From the NCBI GenBank assembly GCA_013001365.1, contig JABDMQ010000344.1:1-56856 (forward strand): a stretch of 56,856 nucleotides of DNA, given 5' to 3'. This document shows positions 56,302 through 56,856 of this stretch, in pieces. Position 1 is the stretch's first letter. Each line of letters opens with the position of its first letter. The position numbers and the translations under genes are program-made. Origin of the DNA: Flavobacteriaceae bacterium (GTDB lineage: Bacteria > Bacteroidota > Bacteroidia > Flavobacteriales > Flavobacteriaceae). Below the pieces are notes generated by a model, which did not search any database, was not told where the DNA came from, and saw nothing but the letters and a program-made list of their open reading frames with translations.

Positions 56302-56667
56302 TCATTTTACCAAGTAAAGGCCTAGGAACACTGCCAAAAAGCCAATCACAAAACTGCCAATTGTATAAATAGCAAAACTTGTGAAATCACCTGCTTTTAA
56401 AAACACATGATTTTCATAGGCAAAAGATGAGAATGTGGTAAAACCACCGCAAAATCCTGTCGCCAATAACAAAGTATGACTTTCAGATAACGAATTATTC
56501 TTCATTGCCATTCCTAATATGATCCCAATCAACAGGCTACCAAGGATATTGGCCAAGAATGTACCATATGGTAAAGCATATTCTGTAGAATTAAGAAATT
56601 TAGCAAGTCCAAAACGGAGCACACTTCCAAAACCACCACCAATAAAAACGAGTAGGACTGCTTTCAT
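56302..56667 (-). CDS. crcB: Fluoride efflux channel CrcB/FluC
   Basis: It is 121 aa with 4 TM helices, GGGFGSVLR and GFCGGFTTFSSF. Confidence 0.9.
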   Translation of the reverse strand: MKAVLLVFIGGGFGSVLRFGLAKFLNSTEYALPYGTFLANILGSLLIGIILGMAMKNNSLSESHTLLLATGFCGGFTTFSSFAYENHVFLKAGDFTSFAIYTIGSFVIGFLAVFLGLYLVK

Positions 56668-56856
56668 TTATTCTATAGCAATGAAAATTTCCGTTACCCA
56701 ATCAGCTGGATTAGGCGTTGTTCTTGGTTCCGTAAGGTAAGATTCCATCATTGGTCCAGACTCTATGAATTTAATACCATTGTCCTCAATATGTTTCATG
56801 GTTGTCTGCCATGCTTCGGAAAGGTTAGAATAATCACCTTTTAAAGTAGATTTCAA
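56668..56856 (-). CDS. C-terminal part of a GyrI-like / effector-binding-domain protein (5' end lies beyond the window)
   Basis: The frame is open to the window edge. The C-terminal sequence ESYLTEPRTTPNPADWVTEIFIAIE is typical of GyrI-like small-molecule-binding domains. Its stop directly abuts the crcB start. Confidence 0.55.
   Translation of the reverse strand: MKSTLKGDYSNLSEAWQTTMKHIEDNGIKFIESGPMMESYLTEPRTTPNPADWVTEIFIAIE

Overview
This is a compact, AT-rich chromosomal segment that looks like a Flavobacteriia (Bacteroidota) genome. All homology calls come from motif recognition by eye; nothing was searched. The lineage call rests on five things: a type-B T9SS C-terminal sorting domain, repeated TAnnTTTG -7 promoter boxes upstream of genes and tRNAs, a Rho factor with a long Q/K/N-rich N-terminal insertion, a divergent GSII/GSIII glutamine synthetase pair, and many Bacteroidota-typical DUF genes (DUF4293, DUF1599, BT_3928-like, DUF3667, DUF4252).

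Most of the window is housekeeping: proS, tRNA-Glu, rpsT, rho, truA, cdaA, folP, tpiA, prmA, clpS, apt, two glutamine synthetases, a purM-like gene, prfA, pyrF, purU, an IcmF-type fused B12 mutase and crcB. I saw no CRISPR array, transposase, integrase or recognisable phage-defence gene.

The parts worth a second look are:
1. A BlaI/BlaR1-type (M56) proteolytic signalling operon. The sensor ectodomain carries a ~108-aa His/Glu/Arg/Lys/Met segment, and a third operon gene encodes a paralogous His/Met-rich ectodomain. This may be metal sensing.
2. An unlisted 33-aa ORF with 11 Cys, which looks like a metallothionein.
3. Two tandem 109-bp structured repeats plus a partial third copy downstream of tRNA-Arg. 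They have GGA-loop hairpins and terminator-like ends, so they could be an sRNA or REP-like family.
4. A lipoprotein made almost entirely of W/G/N repeats and an R/S/N tail, in an operon with a 505-aa beta-barrel.
5. A folP-lipoprotein-cdaA-DUF3667-DUF3667 operon that links two uncharacterised zinc-ribbon membrane proteins to c-di-AMP synthesis.
6. A free-standing 19-aa sORF with its own promoter box and strong terminator.
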